Shown piece by piece: positions 38,183-51,519 of a stretch of 64,000 nt of DNA. Numbering within the stretch: the first letter of the stretch is position 1; each line of letters starts with the position of its first letter. The DNA is from Camelus ferus (Eukaryota): NCBI RefSeq assembly GCF_009834535.1, contig NC_045697.1:97466001-97530000 (forward strand), written 5' to 3'. A program made the translations under genes and the position numbers. The notes beneath the pieces are model-generated. The model saw nothing but the letters and a program-made list of their open reading frames with translations. It was not told the origin of the DNA and made no database searches.

Positions 38183-40060
38183 TTATGAACATTGCACAAA
38201 AATTCAATATATCAAAGAAATCTGCAGAAAACATTTCCAGCCTTGTGAATGGCACTGTCACTGATACTTCCAGACGAGTTAGTACTCTGAATATGAAAGA
38301 AATTGAAGAAGTATGTTCCATCAGGATTCTAGATAGTGATGCAACTAGATAGTTCAAGCCTTTTAATATAGAATTCCTAGAACAGGTTAGTCCCACTTGG
38401 ACAACTACTTTTCTGTCAATAGTGAAAGGCCAGTGAGATGTTCTAATAAAACTTAGATAGTGGGACTTTGGTAAATATGCTTTATCCAGTTTAACAGAGT
38501 TTCATACAAACAGTAAGCATATTAATAGATTCTATTATGCTGATTGAAACTGTGCAAATGGAAAAAGCCCAGACCACACATATGGGATTCCATTTGCCTT
38601 CCAGTAATTTATTTTCACTTCCTGGCCTCCAAATTAATAGTAACTAAAATATGTCTGGAAAGAAGTCCTGATTATTAACATTTCTCCCTTTCCAGACTCT
38701 GCAAACTAATAAATCATAATCAACATTATGGACATTTTAAACAGTATCTATTTACTACTATTTCTATGAAAAATAATTGCAGCTACAAATTTATGTCCTC
38801 AAATGCCTATTAAATACTTTTTTTTAGAAAAAGACATTTGTTTAAAGTGTAAACACTTTTAAGACAAGGGGATTGTGGGATTTACAACCTATATAAACAT
38901 ACTCTCTGATTTTATTCTGATTGCTTTGTTTCTTAAATTTGACAGTCATTCTGTTTTCAATGTAGCACGTAATTTCTCCTCTATTTATCCATGGTGCCAT
39001 TTAGTTACTCAGAAAATGCATTATATTATCATTTCATCACTAATTTAAAGAGTTGATGCATATTCCTAAACGGAACAATTTGCTCCATTCCCACTTAAGA
39101 AAAATGAGGCATATTCCATTAAGATTCTTATTAGATATTAAGTTTCAGTGTTAGGGGACACCTTTTTTAACTGAGCTAGCTGAATTTCACTCGTACTGCT
39201 GATAATATAAATGGCGCTTAAGTATATTGATTTAAACAAAGAGTTAAGAATTGAAATTAACTGAGACAACTGTAGAATTAAAAACCTACTTTGAACATCA
39301 AGTAAGGAACAGGAAAGGTGCAATTTTCAACCTCAGATTGCTATGAAAAAAGGTCAATTCAGCATCTGTATTTGTTATCTCTAGTTCAATATGATGTATT
39401 TAAGAGAAAACCTTTGATTTGATAAAGGTCCCTGGAGTCAGAAACACCAAATCCCATTAGTCTTACTCAGCTGATACAAAAATTACCTATATGCCTATAT
39501 GCTTAATACAAGGTTGCTTGATTTAGTTGTTAAATAATTATCTAAAGAGTCCATATTTCTTGAAACATGTTTGTTCCCAGGAATGAATCTTTAAAAAACT
39601 ATTTCATTGTATGGGAAAGTTAAAAAGATTTCTGTTCTGCCGGCTGAGGCTCTTTGTCTTACTTAAAAGCTTTTATCCATACATTAAACCGTAACTAACA
39701 GTTTAAACGCTAGCAGAAACAAATGTATGCACAGAACACAGCATTTCTCCAATTTTATAAGGATTTTTTTAATGGATGAACTTAAACAGAAAGCTGAACA
39801 TTTGTGCATATGGTCACACTGTAGTGAGGGTAATTGGAACAAGCTGTTACACTTTGTAGTTTCTGAAAGCCTGTGTATTGCCTTCTAGCTACACTGACTT
39901 TATACAGGCCTTAATAAAAGAAATTAAAGAATGTGCAAGCCTGAATGACTTCCACATCCTTCTTCAGAAGAGCTTTAATTTAGGCCAGATATGGGAGGCA
40001 TAGCTTTTCCATTACTACCTGTGTGTCTGTAACCCACATGCAGATGAAATAATGATTTTT
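38183..40060 (+). pseudogene. Copy B: SR1-SR3 remnants
   Basis: ..KEIEE|gtatgt ~ plectin ..EEIE|; LII*M..KELRIEIN* ~ dystonin LIIAM..KALRPEVER; KLLSIH ~ NLLRQH; KKLKNVQA*M..ARYG ~ RYLQDLLAWV..AEWG. Confidence 0.65.
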
Positions 40061-40441
40061 ATTGTCATGATTTAATAATTTGCAAACTTTAACCATTCTT
40101 CCAGCTTCATTTAAATGTCTCTATTTATTACAAAGCAGCTTACCAAGTTAGAGTCAATGTTATTTAAACACACACACATGTACAAACACCCTATATCTAG
40201 CATCTCACCCTTATATTTATTTAAAATATTTTCTGGTGTAACATATGATAAAATAGCAGATATCAAGTTAGATAAAAATTTTTAAGGGAGGTATATAGAA
40301 TAGTAATATTCCAAATTCATCTTCTTTCAAAATTTCAGGCTAACATCAGTATTTAATTATGGTGAGAAAAAAATGGTATTTCAGGAGGGGATTCTGGGGA
40401 GATTGTGGCAGCATCACTTTTTAATCTCACTGAACACCCAC

Positions 40442-40919
40442 TGTGGTAGACAGAATAATAATGGCTCCCTCAAAGATATATGTGCCCTAATCCCCTACAC
40501 CTGTGAATATGTTACTTTATATGGCAAGAGATTTTGCAGATATGATTAAATTAAGGATGCTGAGATGGGAGGTTATCCTGGATTATCCATAAACCCAGTG
40601 TCATCACAAAGGAAGGAGAGAAACAGGAGTGTCAGAGCCAGAGTGAGATATGAAGGTACTACACTGCTGCCTTTAAAGATGGAGAGGGTGGCTGTGAGCC
40701 AAGGAATGCAGGCAGCCTCTGGCAGCTGGAAAAGGCAAGGAAATGGATTGTCCCTTAGAGCCCTAGCAAGGAGTGCAGCCCTGCTGACACCTTGGTTTTA
40801 GCACAATGGGATCGAGTTTTGACTTCTGACCTCCATAACTCAAACATGATAAATCGATGCTGCTTGAAGCCATCGAGCTTGTTGTGATTTGTTACAACAA
40901 CAATAGGAAACTAATATAC
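40442..40919 (+). mobile_element. MLT1D-like solo LTR
   Basis: tgtggtagacagaataataatggctccc..tttgttacaacaacaataggaaactaatata. Confidence 0.85.
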
Positions 40920-41457
40920 TAGTATAAAGGAGACAAAAACCAATTAAACAGCTTCATAAAAATAACATGGACAGCATTTGCCAAAAAAGCAGATGACGAA
41001 ATAGTCTTACAAGTACAAAATCTTAGGTGGGTGGAAACAACGCCTACATAGTATCAGCATCTCTATGAAAGGAAACAGAAGGAAGCAACACTGTACCATC
41101 AGATATATCTGAAAACAGAAGAATAGCGCCTTAGTGGACAGCACACATGGCGTTAACCAGCGTCGGGGAGAGGAATGGGGAGGAGACCATTTAACAGCAG
41201 ATGAGTACAAAGTGCTAATAGTAAGAAGGACCAAAGCCTGGAACTGTTGGGTTCCTATAAGCCTTAGAAATGGACCTATCAGGATTCCCTTCTAAGAAAG
41301 AGAGGATGCTGTAAGTGAAATCCAAATTGAACAAGACAGGAATATCAGAAATGAAGTTTAGAGAAAAGATTTTATCAAAGTTTTGGAAGGGTAAATGAAA
41401 AACAGAAAAGTATTGGGTCAAATCCCACACAAAACTACAGTAAGGAAAGAGAGAATA

Positions 41458-41658
41458 CAGTTGACCCTTGAACAATGTGGGTTTGAATTACCTGGATCCA
41501 GTTATACATAAAGATTTTTCAGAAGTAAATACTGCAAAACTTCTTAGTCTGAGGTTGGATGAATCTGCAGATCTACAGATGTGGAGGAACGGTGGGTACT
41601 GAGGGGCTGACTGTAAATTATAAGTAGATTACTCCCTGAAGTTTTCAGTGGTGAGCTG
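41458..41658. mobile_element. Tigger2/MER8-like DNA transposon fossil
   Basis: TA|cagttgacccttgaacaa..gtgagctg|TA termini. Confidence 0.7.
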
Positions 41659-43744
41659 TATACTAAATGCTCTAAAGACAAGGAAAGCATACTTTAAAGA
41701 CGTGCTCAAAAAAACAAAAACAAAAACACAGATCAAAAGATATCAAGAAAATGATATAAAAGCTGGCCAACATTTGGACAGTAGGAGTCTCTGAGTAGAG
41801 AAAAACAGAACAGGTCCATCATTAAAATCATAATTCAAGTAAACTTTCCAGAAATGAAAACTTTCCTGAAATAAAATATTTGAATTTACATGTTAATGGA
41901 GCACACTGTGTGACAAGATCAAGACATTCTAATAAAATCATTGATCTTTCAGAAAAAGAAAAATAATGCTTTGGTCATCAGAAAATCTACACAATTTTTC
42001 TTAAGATTTTCCCAGTAATACTTTTACCAGAAGAAAATGAGACACATATTATAGAAAGCCAAAGAAAGAAAATGTGAACCAAGGATTTTATAGAGCAAAA
42101 CTTACTTTCAAGTATAAAGGACACAGAGAAATTATTGGTGTACAGGATGGGGATGGGAGTCTTGTCCCTGAGTCCTTCCTCAGTGTTGGGTAGAACATGT
42201 ACTTCAGATAACCAGAATCATCTAGTCAGATAACCAAGATGACTGGACCTACATCAGCACAGGTACTGGTGGTGCTGAGCTCTAGAACAAGGGTAGCATG
42301 TGGTAGTTGTGTGCTCCAGGAATGCAGAGATAGTACAGGTATTAAAAAATCACGGAAGAATGTAGAGAGTATACAAAGAATTTAATGTTTTTATAATCAT
42401 ATTAGTGGTCGTATTACTATCGTCATTCTACTACTGCTGTGTGCAATGTGAGGATTAAAGAAGCAAGGAAGTATGTGTGTCCTTGAAAACCAGGATTTGT
42501 GCTGGAAGGAGACACACAGTGGCACTGAGAAGAGGTGAAATCAAGCCTTCCTAGTTTTGATTTTATATTGGAAATATCAATGTAATGTCATTCAGTACTT
42601 TGACTATATATTTACATACATATATATAAAATAAATGTGCATATATGTATATATACATATACATATATATATATGATGGTCCATTGAAAAGATCTAGAAA
42701 CAATGACCAGTGACCAATGCAGTAACAGTAAATATGTCTAGCATCCAGTTCAAATGTCTTAAAGTAGCAATAATTACTAAAATAAAAATTTCCTGGAAAA
42801 ATGGCTAATTCCAGGTCTGGAGTGGGACATGTTCAATATGAGCCTCACCTTAACAATCCAGGTAGCAGTGACTTTCTAGGGTTATGCCAAAGGATTCAGG
42901 TGTCAACTTCAGGAGGCTTCCATTGCCTGAAAATGAGACTATTTGAGCTTCAGTGGTGATAACAGTTGCAAGGGACTTAAACCCACCAAATGTATGTAAA
43001 ATCACATGTTTGTAATTTTATCTAAATAACTGGTCACCTTTAGAGTATGATAGGAACTGGTTCATGAAGTGAAAGAGTCAAATATTTATTCTTCTTTTAC
43101 ATACTGAACTTTTCCACTGGATCACCAAGTAATTGATTTTGGGATATATCAGTATAATAGCTCCAGTAATAAAGAAAAAAAAAGTGATAGAATAAAAATA
43201 CCATCATTTTACAAAGTCCAGTTAATTAATAGATGTAGGCATTAGAATCAACTGCTATGATGTCACACACAAACACCCACACACACTCACACACACACAC
43301 AAAAGAGAGAGAACCAGTTAGTATATGCTTTCTATAGATCTTACCAAGCATCATGTGTAATTAGGCCACAAGGATCCAAGTTTCTGGATTCAGCAGCCAT
43401 TTTGCAGGAAGTACAGAGAAAAGGGCCATAATCAACTAGACCAAGAGCATGCAGTCAAAATATCCAGCTTCTTCAACAGATAAATTGCAAGGAAAGAAAG
43501 AATAGGTGGTATTATTTACAAACTAGGTGATATTGCTTATAATCTTATAAGTTTATAAACCAAGAGGTATTATATTTAACCAATACAAAGTTGATTCCTA
43601 TTGCATACCTGATGCTGTGCTAAATTTTTAGATGTCTTTTCTTTAATCCTCAAAACAATCCTGTGAGTTAAGCTGTTTTTTTTTTAACTAACTTGCAAAG
43701 AAGAAAATTGATGTATGTAAAGTTAAAGCATTTGTTACTATTTT

Positions 43745-44215
43745 ATTTTTCTTCCAGTTTTATTGAGATATAATCAAATACTGCACTGTACAATGTTAAG
43801 GTGTATAAAATAATGATTTGACCTATATACATCATGAAATGATTATCACAATAAGTTTAGTGAACATCCATCATTTCATATAGATACAAAATTAAAGAAA
43901 TAGAAAATAATTTTTCCTTGTAGATGAGAACTCTTAGGATTTTTTCTTTTAACAACTTTCATATATAACAGACAGCAGTGTTAATTATATTTATCATGTT
44001 TATATTATATATCTCTAGTACTTATTTATCTTATAACTAGGAGTTTGTATCTTTTGAGTGCCTTCACCCAATCCCCCCTCCCCAAACCCATTTCTGGTAT
44101 ACACAAGTCTGATCTCTTTTTCTATGAGTTTGTTTCTGAAATATAAATGACCTACAACCCTATGTTAGTTCCTGGTACACAACATAATGATTTGTTACTT
44201 CTACACATTGGAAAA
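43745..44215 (-). mobile_element. L1 3' end (older family)
   Basis: ttttattgagatataatc..gatgagaactcttaggat; related to 880-1168. Confidence 0.75.
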
Positions 44216-45036
44216 TGTTCAAGGTCAAAAATCCACAAATTAGTGATTCTAAGATTCCAATATATATATCAATTAGAACAAATACCTATAATTTTAATAC
44301 TGTGGTATATTTAGTACCATATTATATTCTATATAATTACAGTTAATTCCTATTTAAGGAATTAGAAAGTGCAGATTTATAGAAATTTAAGTAAAATATT
44401 ACAATATAATAATTAAAGTTTTTTACACTCAAAGAAAAGCATCTTGTATTTCATAAATATGTCATAGTCAAGGACTTTCATCACTTTGTAAAAGCAAAGT
44501 AATACTCTTCCAGTGAGATCATTTAAATTCATAGATGTGATGAATGACATAAAACTTTGAAATGAGTAGAAATTCATTAGATGGCTGGGTGCTGGTGGAA
44601 GGAAGGGAGTCCAAGGCAAATACAGCACGCATGTGCAAAGGCACAGAGGCACGGTATACTCTGAAATAGGTTTTGTTTGGAGGGATAAGACAAAGGCTGT
44701 TTCAGCAGGGAGATGTAGTATCTAAGAACAAAGTCATACTCTGTAGAGCCTTGTGGTTTAGGAATGATGTTGATGTTTTAAAATCAGGAGATGGCATAAT
44801 CATAATTGTAGTCAGTTGACTCTATATGTAAGGAAGGGAGTTCTTAACTGGCTACAAGGATAATAAGAGATCCACAGATAAACCTTGCAGGGTCTAGAAA
44901 CTTGTGAAACTGTCTGTGAAATTTTGAATTGTATGTTTGTGCATCTTTCCTGGAAGTTCTGCAATTTTCAACTGATTCAAAAGCATTCCATGAAGAATCA
45001 TGGAATTAGAGGAAGTTACCAATGCTACTTAGGAAA

Positions 45037-45450
45037 TGTATTAGGTTCCTAGGGCTGTTGTAACAAAGTACCACAAACTGAGCGGCTTAAAAGAACAGAA
45101 GTTTATTCTCTCACATTCCTGGGGGCTAGAAATCTGAAATCAAGGTGTCAGTAGAACCTTATGACCTCTGAAGTTTGTAAAGAAAAATCCTATCTGCCTT
45201 TCCCTAGCTTTGGGTGTCTCCAGGCATTTCCTTGGCTTGTACAGTGTAACTCTGCTTCTGCCTTCTTTGTGAGTATTTCTGTGTCCTCTTCTCTTAGGGA
45301 TACCAGTCATTGAATTTAAAGCCCACCTTAAATCCAGGATGCTTTCATCTTGAGATCCTTACTAATTACTCTGCAGATTCTATTTCCAAATAAAGTCACA
45401 TTCTGCAGTTTCAGGTGAACATGAATTTGGGGCGTCGCTATTTCACTGCA
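45037..45450 (-). mobile_element. MaLR (MLT1-like) solo LTR
   Basis: tgtattaggttcctagggctgttgtaacaaagtaccacaaactg..ccaaataaagtcacattctg. Confidence 0.85.
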
Positions 45451-46614
45451 TGGAACTAATTATTTTAGTCTAGGAGAGCTGTGATGCCATACAGTAAGTG
45501 GAATAATCAAAGAGGGAGTGTTTAGAATATCAAATTTTGCATATGATTGGGTTTAATGACCAGGAGGAAGAAAGAATTGAAGACAAATCCCAGGTCTCCA
45601 GTTTGGGAGATGGATAGATTGTTATGCTATTTATTAGCCGGGATAGGAAATAAACGATATGGGTTTGAGAGCCAATCTGTATAATTTGTTTTGTTTTGAC
45701 CTGTCGACAGTTAAACTCTCTAGAGAGAGGTGTCTCAGAAGCAATGGGAACTAAAACTTAATCTTAGCCCAAGTTGAAAGAGATTTTGAAACAAGGACAA
45801 AATTAAAAAAGTAAAGAAGGAATTCAAACAGCAGAATTCTTACAGGTGAAAATCTTTGAAAATGAAGCAGTTCTGAATCCCAAGCTGTTTCACTTAGGAT
45901 TTCAGGAGAAGATTCAGACTGCAGGGAGGAATCAAAATTCAACAGGAAGAGAGGACGCCATGACGGAAAATGTTGACAGACTTACCAGAAGCGTAAATGG
46001 AAAGGGAGCAGAGGCAGGCAGAGGACATTACAGTACCAAGTGAAAAGTTTGTTTTTTTGAGGTAAAAGAAATATATTCATATGCTAAAGAAAAGGAATCA
46101 ATGAAAGGAAAGTGATGAAGAAAAACTAGGGGTAAATCTGATTGGCGATTTATAAGAGAAGAGACGGAATGGAGCCTTTAGCACATGGGGGAGTTTTAGC
46201 CACAGTTTAAACCTCCCTGATGAGCAGAGAAGATGCTAAGTTCGTTATCTGCAAAAATGTTTAGAGACAGAGATGGGAAATGGAAGGCGATCACCTTGTG
46301 TCTTCACTTGTCTGAGAAGGTGGGAGGTGTTACCTGCTGAGAGTGAGGTTTCTGACAGCTGGAGGAGCGTGGTGACAGTTTGGAAGAGCCACTGCCTGGC
46401 TGAGAACACCAGCGGGGACTCGGGGGTTGGTGCTGAGGCTTTCGTTATACTTAGTTACCTAGTCACCAGGAATCTCCCAGACGGGTGAGATTTCGCACTG
46501 TCTTCATTCTTGAGTGGCAGGGAGATACTCTTGGAGGCTATTTACCTATGAGTTGGTAGATGACATTGCCTTCAGTGCTTGTCTACAAATACCAAAGAAA
46601 AGTCAATTCTGTAG

Positions 46615-48213
46615 TTCATTATTTTCTAAAAGGCTGTTGGAAATTTATTCAGGATATAGGCTTCCACAGAGCCAACATACAGATTGTATTTATGTCCTGC
46701 TGACAGCAAGCAATTTATGAAGCTAAATAGAAAGATCAGTCTTGGAAACAGGGTCATAATATTTCCCTGTAGCTATCACCTAAGTAAAGTGAAACGTATT
46801 AAAGAACTCATTATAAAGAAACTTATCATACACCAAGCCCTGGAAATGAACTCCGAAAACTTGCCAACGACTTTTGAGATTTAAACAATTTCTTAGAGTC
46901 TCATTGGTCCTAAATTTAATCTGTAACAAAAGAAGAAAATGGGATTGAATTTGTCATACCACTTCTCAGAGTACAGCCCTCGTTCAGAGAACTGGTTGGT
47001 GATTAGGAGAATAGGCATTGGAGCCTGGACCCTGGGTTTGACTCTGTCTCTGATCACTTCTGTGACCTAATGTATGTTACTTAACCTTTTGATGCCTCAG
47101 CTATGCCGTATGTGAGGTGAGAATGGAAGAAACACCATGCCTTGTTATAGAAATTAAATGAATTAGTATTTATGAATACACAGGCAGCACTAGAAAACAA
47201 TCTTATAACTTTAAAGCATTCCAGATGCTTTAAAGATCAGTCAGGTTTCATAGGATAAGAATAAGTTTATATACACGCACGTGTATATATACACTCACAT
47301 GTGTACTCATATGCACGCTATTGTTTCTCTTATTGTTGGATAACTGAGGATGACCAGTATCTCCTCAAGGCAACCAGGATACAATTTAACCCTATTACAA
47401 AATAAGGTGAATCAGATTAGCAAAATTATTTTGGGGGGAAATGTATAGATGAGCCTCTGGACATTAATAAGGAATGCATTCTTATGTCTTCTCTTGCTCC
47501 CAATGGCGTTTAAGAAATAACTGATTCTAATGTAAATACAGGATAGTATGTTAGGTTCACTGCTTGTACTGTTCACATTCTTTCTATTCTTTCTCAATAG
47601 GTTGCATATATTATTTCATTTAATATGTATAACAACTTCATATGGGAGGTAGGTAAATATTGATACTTATTATCTATTATAAAATATCATGAAACTCTTC
47701 AGTCACTTATGAAGCTGCAAAAGTTACATTTAAATATGCTGAGAATCCACTCTTTACAGTTAAATTTTGTACATGTGCTCCCTAGTCTGTATGTACAGAG
47801 AATTACATGCCTTGCGTACTAGAAGTCTGTGTGCAATCTGAACAATTCTAAAGCATTTTCACTGGCTGCAAGAACTTTTGCATTATTTTCAAAGTGGACA
47901 TTTTTCACTCAGCCACCCACCTGCGTGGTTTTCCCACTGTGTGTTCAGCAGTGTACAGTAGCCTACCATCAGCAAGGTACAGATACACACATATGTTAAG
48001 ACCATGGAAGGGGGGGTAAATTTATAAATAGGTGACTAATGAATATGTTTGTTTTATGGACATATATGCCTTTGTAGTTTATCTTAGTTTCTATGACTCC
48101 CTGGACTGAAAGCTGACCTCAAGAAGTACAGCATTGCATAGGAATGTGTATCCATTGAAGATGTATCAATGCACAACAGTTAACATTCGTGACTAATCCT
48201 AAAGGCACCCTAG
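46615..48213 (+). pseudogene. Copy B: SR4/SR5 remnants (46615-46884, ~47830-47926, 48088-48213)
   Basis: RANIQIVFMSC*QQAIYEAK*KD is in exact register with dystonin RATNELIWLNEKEEEEVAYDWSE, with TAG 46728-46730 at the Trp; ENLPTTFEI* ~ ENHPARLTIE; FHWLQELLHYFQ/VDIFHSATH ~ WSWILQITKCIDVHLKENAAY; 48088-48213 is AG..GT bounded, 126 nt, phase 0-0. Confidence 0.75.
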
Positions 48214-49699
48214 GTACAACTTAATATACTGAAGCCCCCATGTGATTTAATAGTGTATGTTATTTCATAGTGCTCTGTGATTGGTTTGGCTGTTACTCTC
48301 TTGTACTTACAAGACTCTAAAATAAATCCTCCAGCATTCCTAACAAGGGCTGCGCATGTGATACTCCAGAGGACTGTGGACTCAATCTCTTGTTGCCTAG
48401 GTATATTCTGCATATACATTAGGATATAACTCAAATTCCACATCAGCAATGACAGTCTACATTAATTTCTCCCTCTCCTGAACTTCCACAGCAGTACTCT
48501 ATTCGCAGCAGTTTGCGAGGATTTTTTTCCCCCAGATATTCATATACTGACCTGTGCTTTTATTTGGAACTGCACATATTTATGATTTGTTTGCCGTGGT
48601 CAGTTGTAAGCTCTTTGGTACCCTTCATGCTCTCTTGGATGGGCCTCTGTGCTTCCTTCATTGATTTGCATATAGCATGAAAGAACAAACACCTGGAGAA
48701 TCAAAATTAGTACAACTTATACCCATCAAATACAGCATCCATGTCTCCTATTTCTTTTTTGTCTTCTATATTACCTAGAATAGCTGAGAGGCCATAGTAC
48801 TTTTTCCAAAAATGTGTATGTGGTGGCTGTTATCCCACTGATAGCCCCATAGAAAATCTGTCTAGACATTCTGATGGCTTTAAGCAAATGTGACGGAGCA
48901 TAGAAAAAGAAAATTGTTAATTTCAAAACCGTAGTAAAGTTCTCTTTAGTCATACATAAATGATGTGGATTTACAAAGAAAGGTATACATTTATAGGAAA
49001 GACAACAGGCATGTAGAAGAATAAACATGGATTTTAAAATCTGACTAGAGTTTTACCCCGACCCTGTTTCTTAATAGCTGTGTGGTATTTGAACAAGTTT
49101 TTTTTTTTTTAACGTTTCTGAGCCTCCTTTATTATGTAAGGTAATAAAACTTGTTCCATAGGGTTTTGTTTTAAATAATAAATGTGACAGTGACAAAAGT
49201 GCTTTTAGCTATATGAAGTTAGGATTTTTAGAATTATTTTGATATTAAATACGTTACTTCAACACAATTCAATATTTCAGTTCTTCAAATTTTAAATTTG
49301 TTTTAAAATTTTAAACACTGTTTTACCTAAGCAATATGGAACCACATATGAATATTCTCCAGCAAAAAAAAAAGAGAGAATAGAAGTAAACAAAAACCAT
49401 CTTGTATTTCTCAAATATTTTCTTTGTGACAATCTGTAATTCAACCGGAATTTATTAAGTACTTACTGAGTACAAGACACACTGTTATCTATAAAGAACA
49501 GGAAGACCTCAAGAAATGAAATACCAAGAGTCATCCTTTTATGCTGTCATGCATGCATTTTTATTAAAAATGTTTAAATCAATACTTGAAGTGAAACTGC
49601 TAACATTATAAAACACTTATTGTATTCTTCCATCTTCCACAAGTCCATGAGAAGTTTAGAACATTTGTGAGGAAATCAGATCCTAACTTATTTTCTGCT

Positions 49700-49756
49700 G
49701 TACATCATTCATTCATTCATATTTACTGACTATATATATATATATATATATAGTCA

Positions 49757-49825
<69 letters not shown>

Positions 49826-50430
49826 AGGCATGGTAATAGATTCTGGGTACCTGGGTGTAAACTACATATACATGGACTCTCCCTTTACAGTGTTTATAGG
49901 CTAGTCTGGAAACAAAATATATGGAGGTAAACAATTTAACACGTATATAAATGTAATTTGTGATAAGTGAAAAAGGGAATGAAAAGAGTGCAGATTTTGA
50001 GATCAGCAATATAGGATCTACTTTAAAAGAGAAGGAAGGAAACTTCTGCAGTTAAGTGACTTGTGAGTTGAGTCCTGAGGGATCAGCAGTCAGTGTTATG
50101 AAGAGCAGAGGAAAAGCCTTTGCAAAGTCACTGAGGGAGGAAGTGTCTTGGTGCACTTGATCAGTCTAGAAGCTTCTGTGGCTAGAGAGAGGACAATGGA
50201 TAGGCGGTCAGCACTGGGATCAGGCAAGACTTTGGGAGCCATGGCAGGAAGTCTGGATTTTCTGTGAAGTGCGAAAGCCAGTGCAGTTCTTAAACAAAGG
50301 GTGACATATTTGGACCTCTTAAAAAACGGATTTTTTTAATTTTCATTGGAAGAGAGAAAAGAGGGAAGCAGGGAAAAAATCTGAAGCCTCCTGTAGGAGT
50401 TTATGTCGTCTAGGTGACAGGTAATGGTGT
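49700..50430 (-). mobile_element. L2 3' region containing a (TA)n/poly(T) expansion
   Basis: cattcattcattcatatttactga..taccaggcatggtaatag, followed by L2-like sequence. Confidence 0.65.
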
Positions 50431-51519
50431 CTAGTGTGCGAGCAGAAAGTAATAGCATCTGTCTATAGCACATTTTACTTTAAAAGCAGAACTGGCAGGT
50501 GGAAGAAATTAAACTGGGGGTTCACTTAAAATTCTTGATTTCCTTTGGGGAGAGGAGGGAACAGAGATTTTTATTAACTTCGCTGCTACCGGTACAAATA
50601 TATTCATAGAAATCCTATCTCTGCTCTGCTTGGTCCTAGAATACTTTATCCTGGAACATTCTATTACTTCCAGGAAGTTATGCTCTACAGATTGTCAAAC
50701 ACTTTTTACACATATATTTAGCACTTCCCATGTAACAGATACAGTGATGGATGTTTTCTGTATATATTTTCATCTAATTTACATAACAATACTATCTCTA
50801 TTTTTGAACTAAGGAGAGAGAAGAAAATAAGAAACTTGTCCAAGGTCATACCACTCACTACATTCAGTGACAAAATCTAAACTTGCCTTTGACTGACTCA
50901 ACCTCATGTTTCTGTCCTAATTCACCAGTTATGTCTTTCCACCTTCCTTCTTTCCTAGAAGGTATAAGTTTATTCATATTTCAATTTTTACATTAATTTA
51001 TATTATTTTATTCATAAAACTTACTTTCTGTGTTCTACAAACAAGTTCTTAATTTCTTCTTACTATTCTGAAACTAACTAAAACACAGAGGGGAGGTATT
51101 AACAGGTGACTCATCCTGAAATAACTCGAAATCATGGTTTCCATTCCCAAACTTCCAGCTCCCCAGAGGCAGGCCTGGCTCTGTCCCAACGTGCTGATAG
51201 AAACTTGGATGAATTTCCTCCTTGTCACTGGCCAGTGGGACATATCTTGACCATGGCTTCTTGTCAAACATTCCTATGTCTTCACTATGTATATTTCATG
51301 CATTTAAATGAAAATGGGCTCCAAATGGACCTATCTACTCTTAGTTCCTTAATATAAGTTTATCCTCAGAACTTGTTGATATGAGAACAAATGAATAAAG
51401 AGTTAAGCAGTACAAAGTCATCTGAATCCATTTAAGTAGAATGGGGAATCACCTACAGGAGAGGTTATAGGAAAAGGAAATTTTAATGCAGAGGAATATC
51501 CTTGACTGATCTAGATCTT

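Larger units (their letters stand above)
40380..43330 (+). mobile_element. Old L1M remnants (5'/ORF1 and 3' pieces) with nested insertions
   Basis: ORF1-like aaaatgtgaaccaaggattttatagagcaaaacttactttcaagtataaagg, plus L1MC-like 3' motifs near 42700-43300. Confidence 0.55.
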
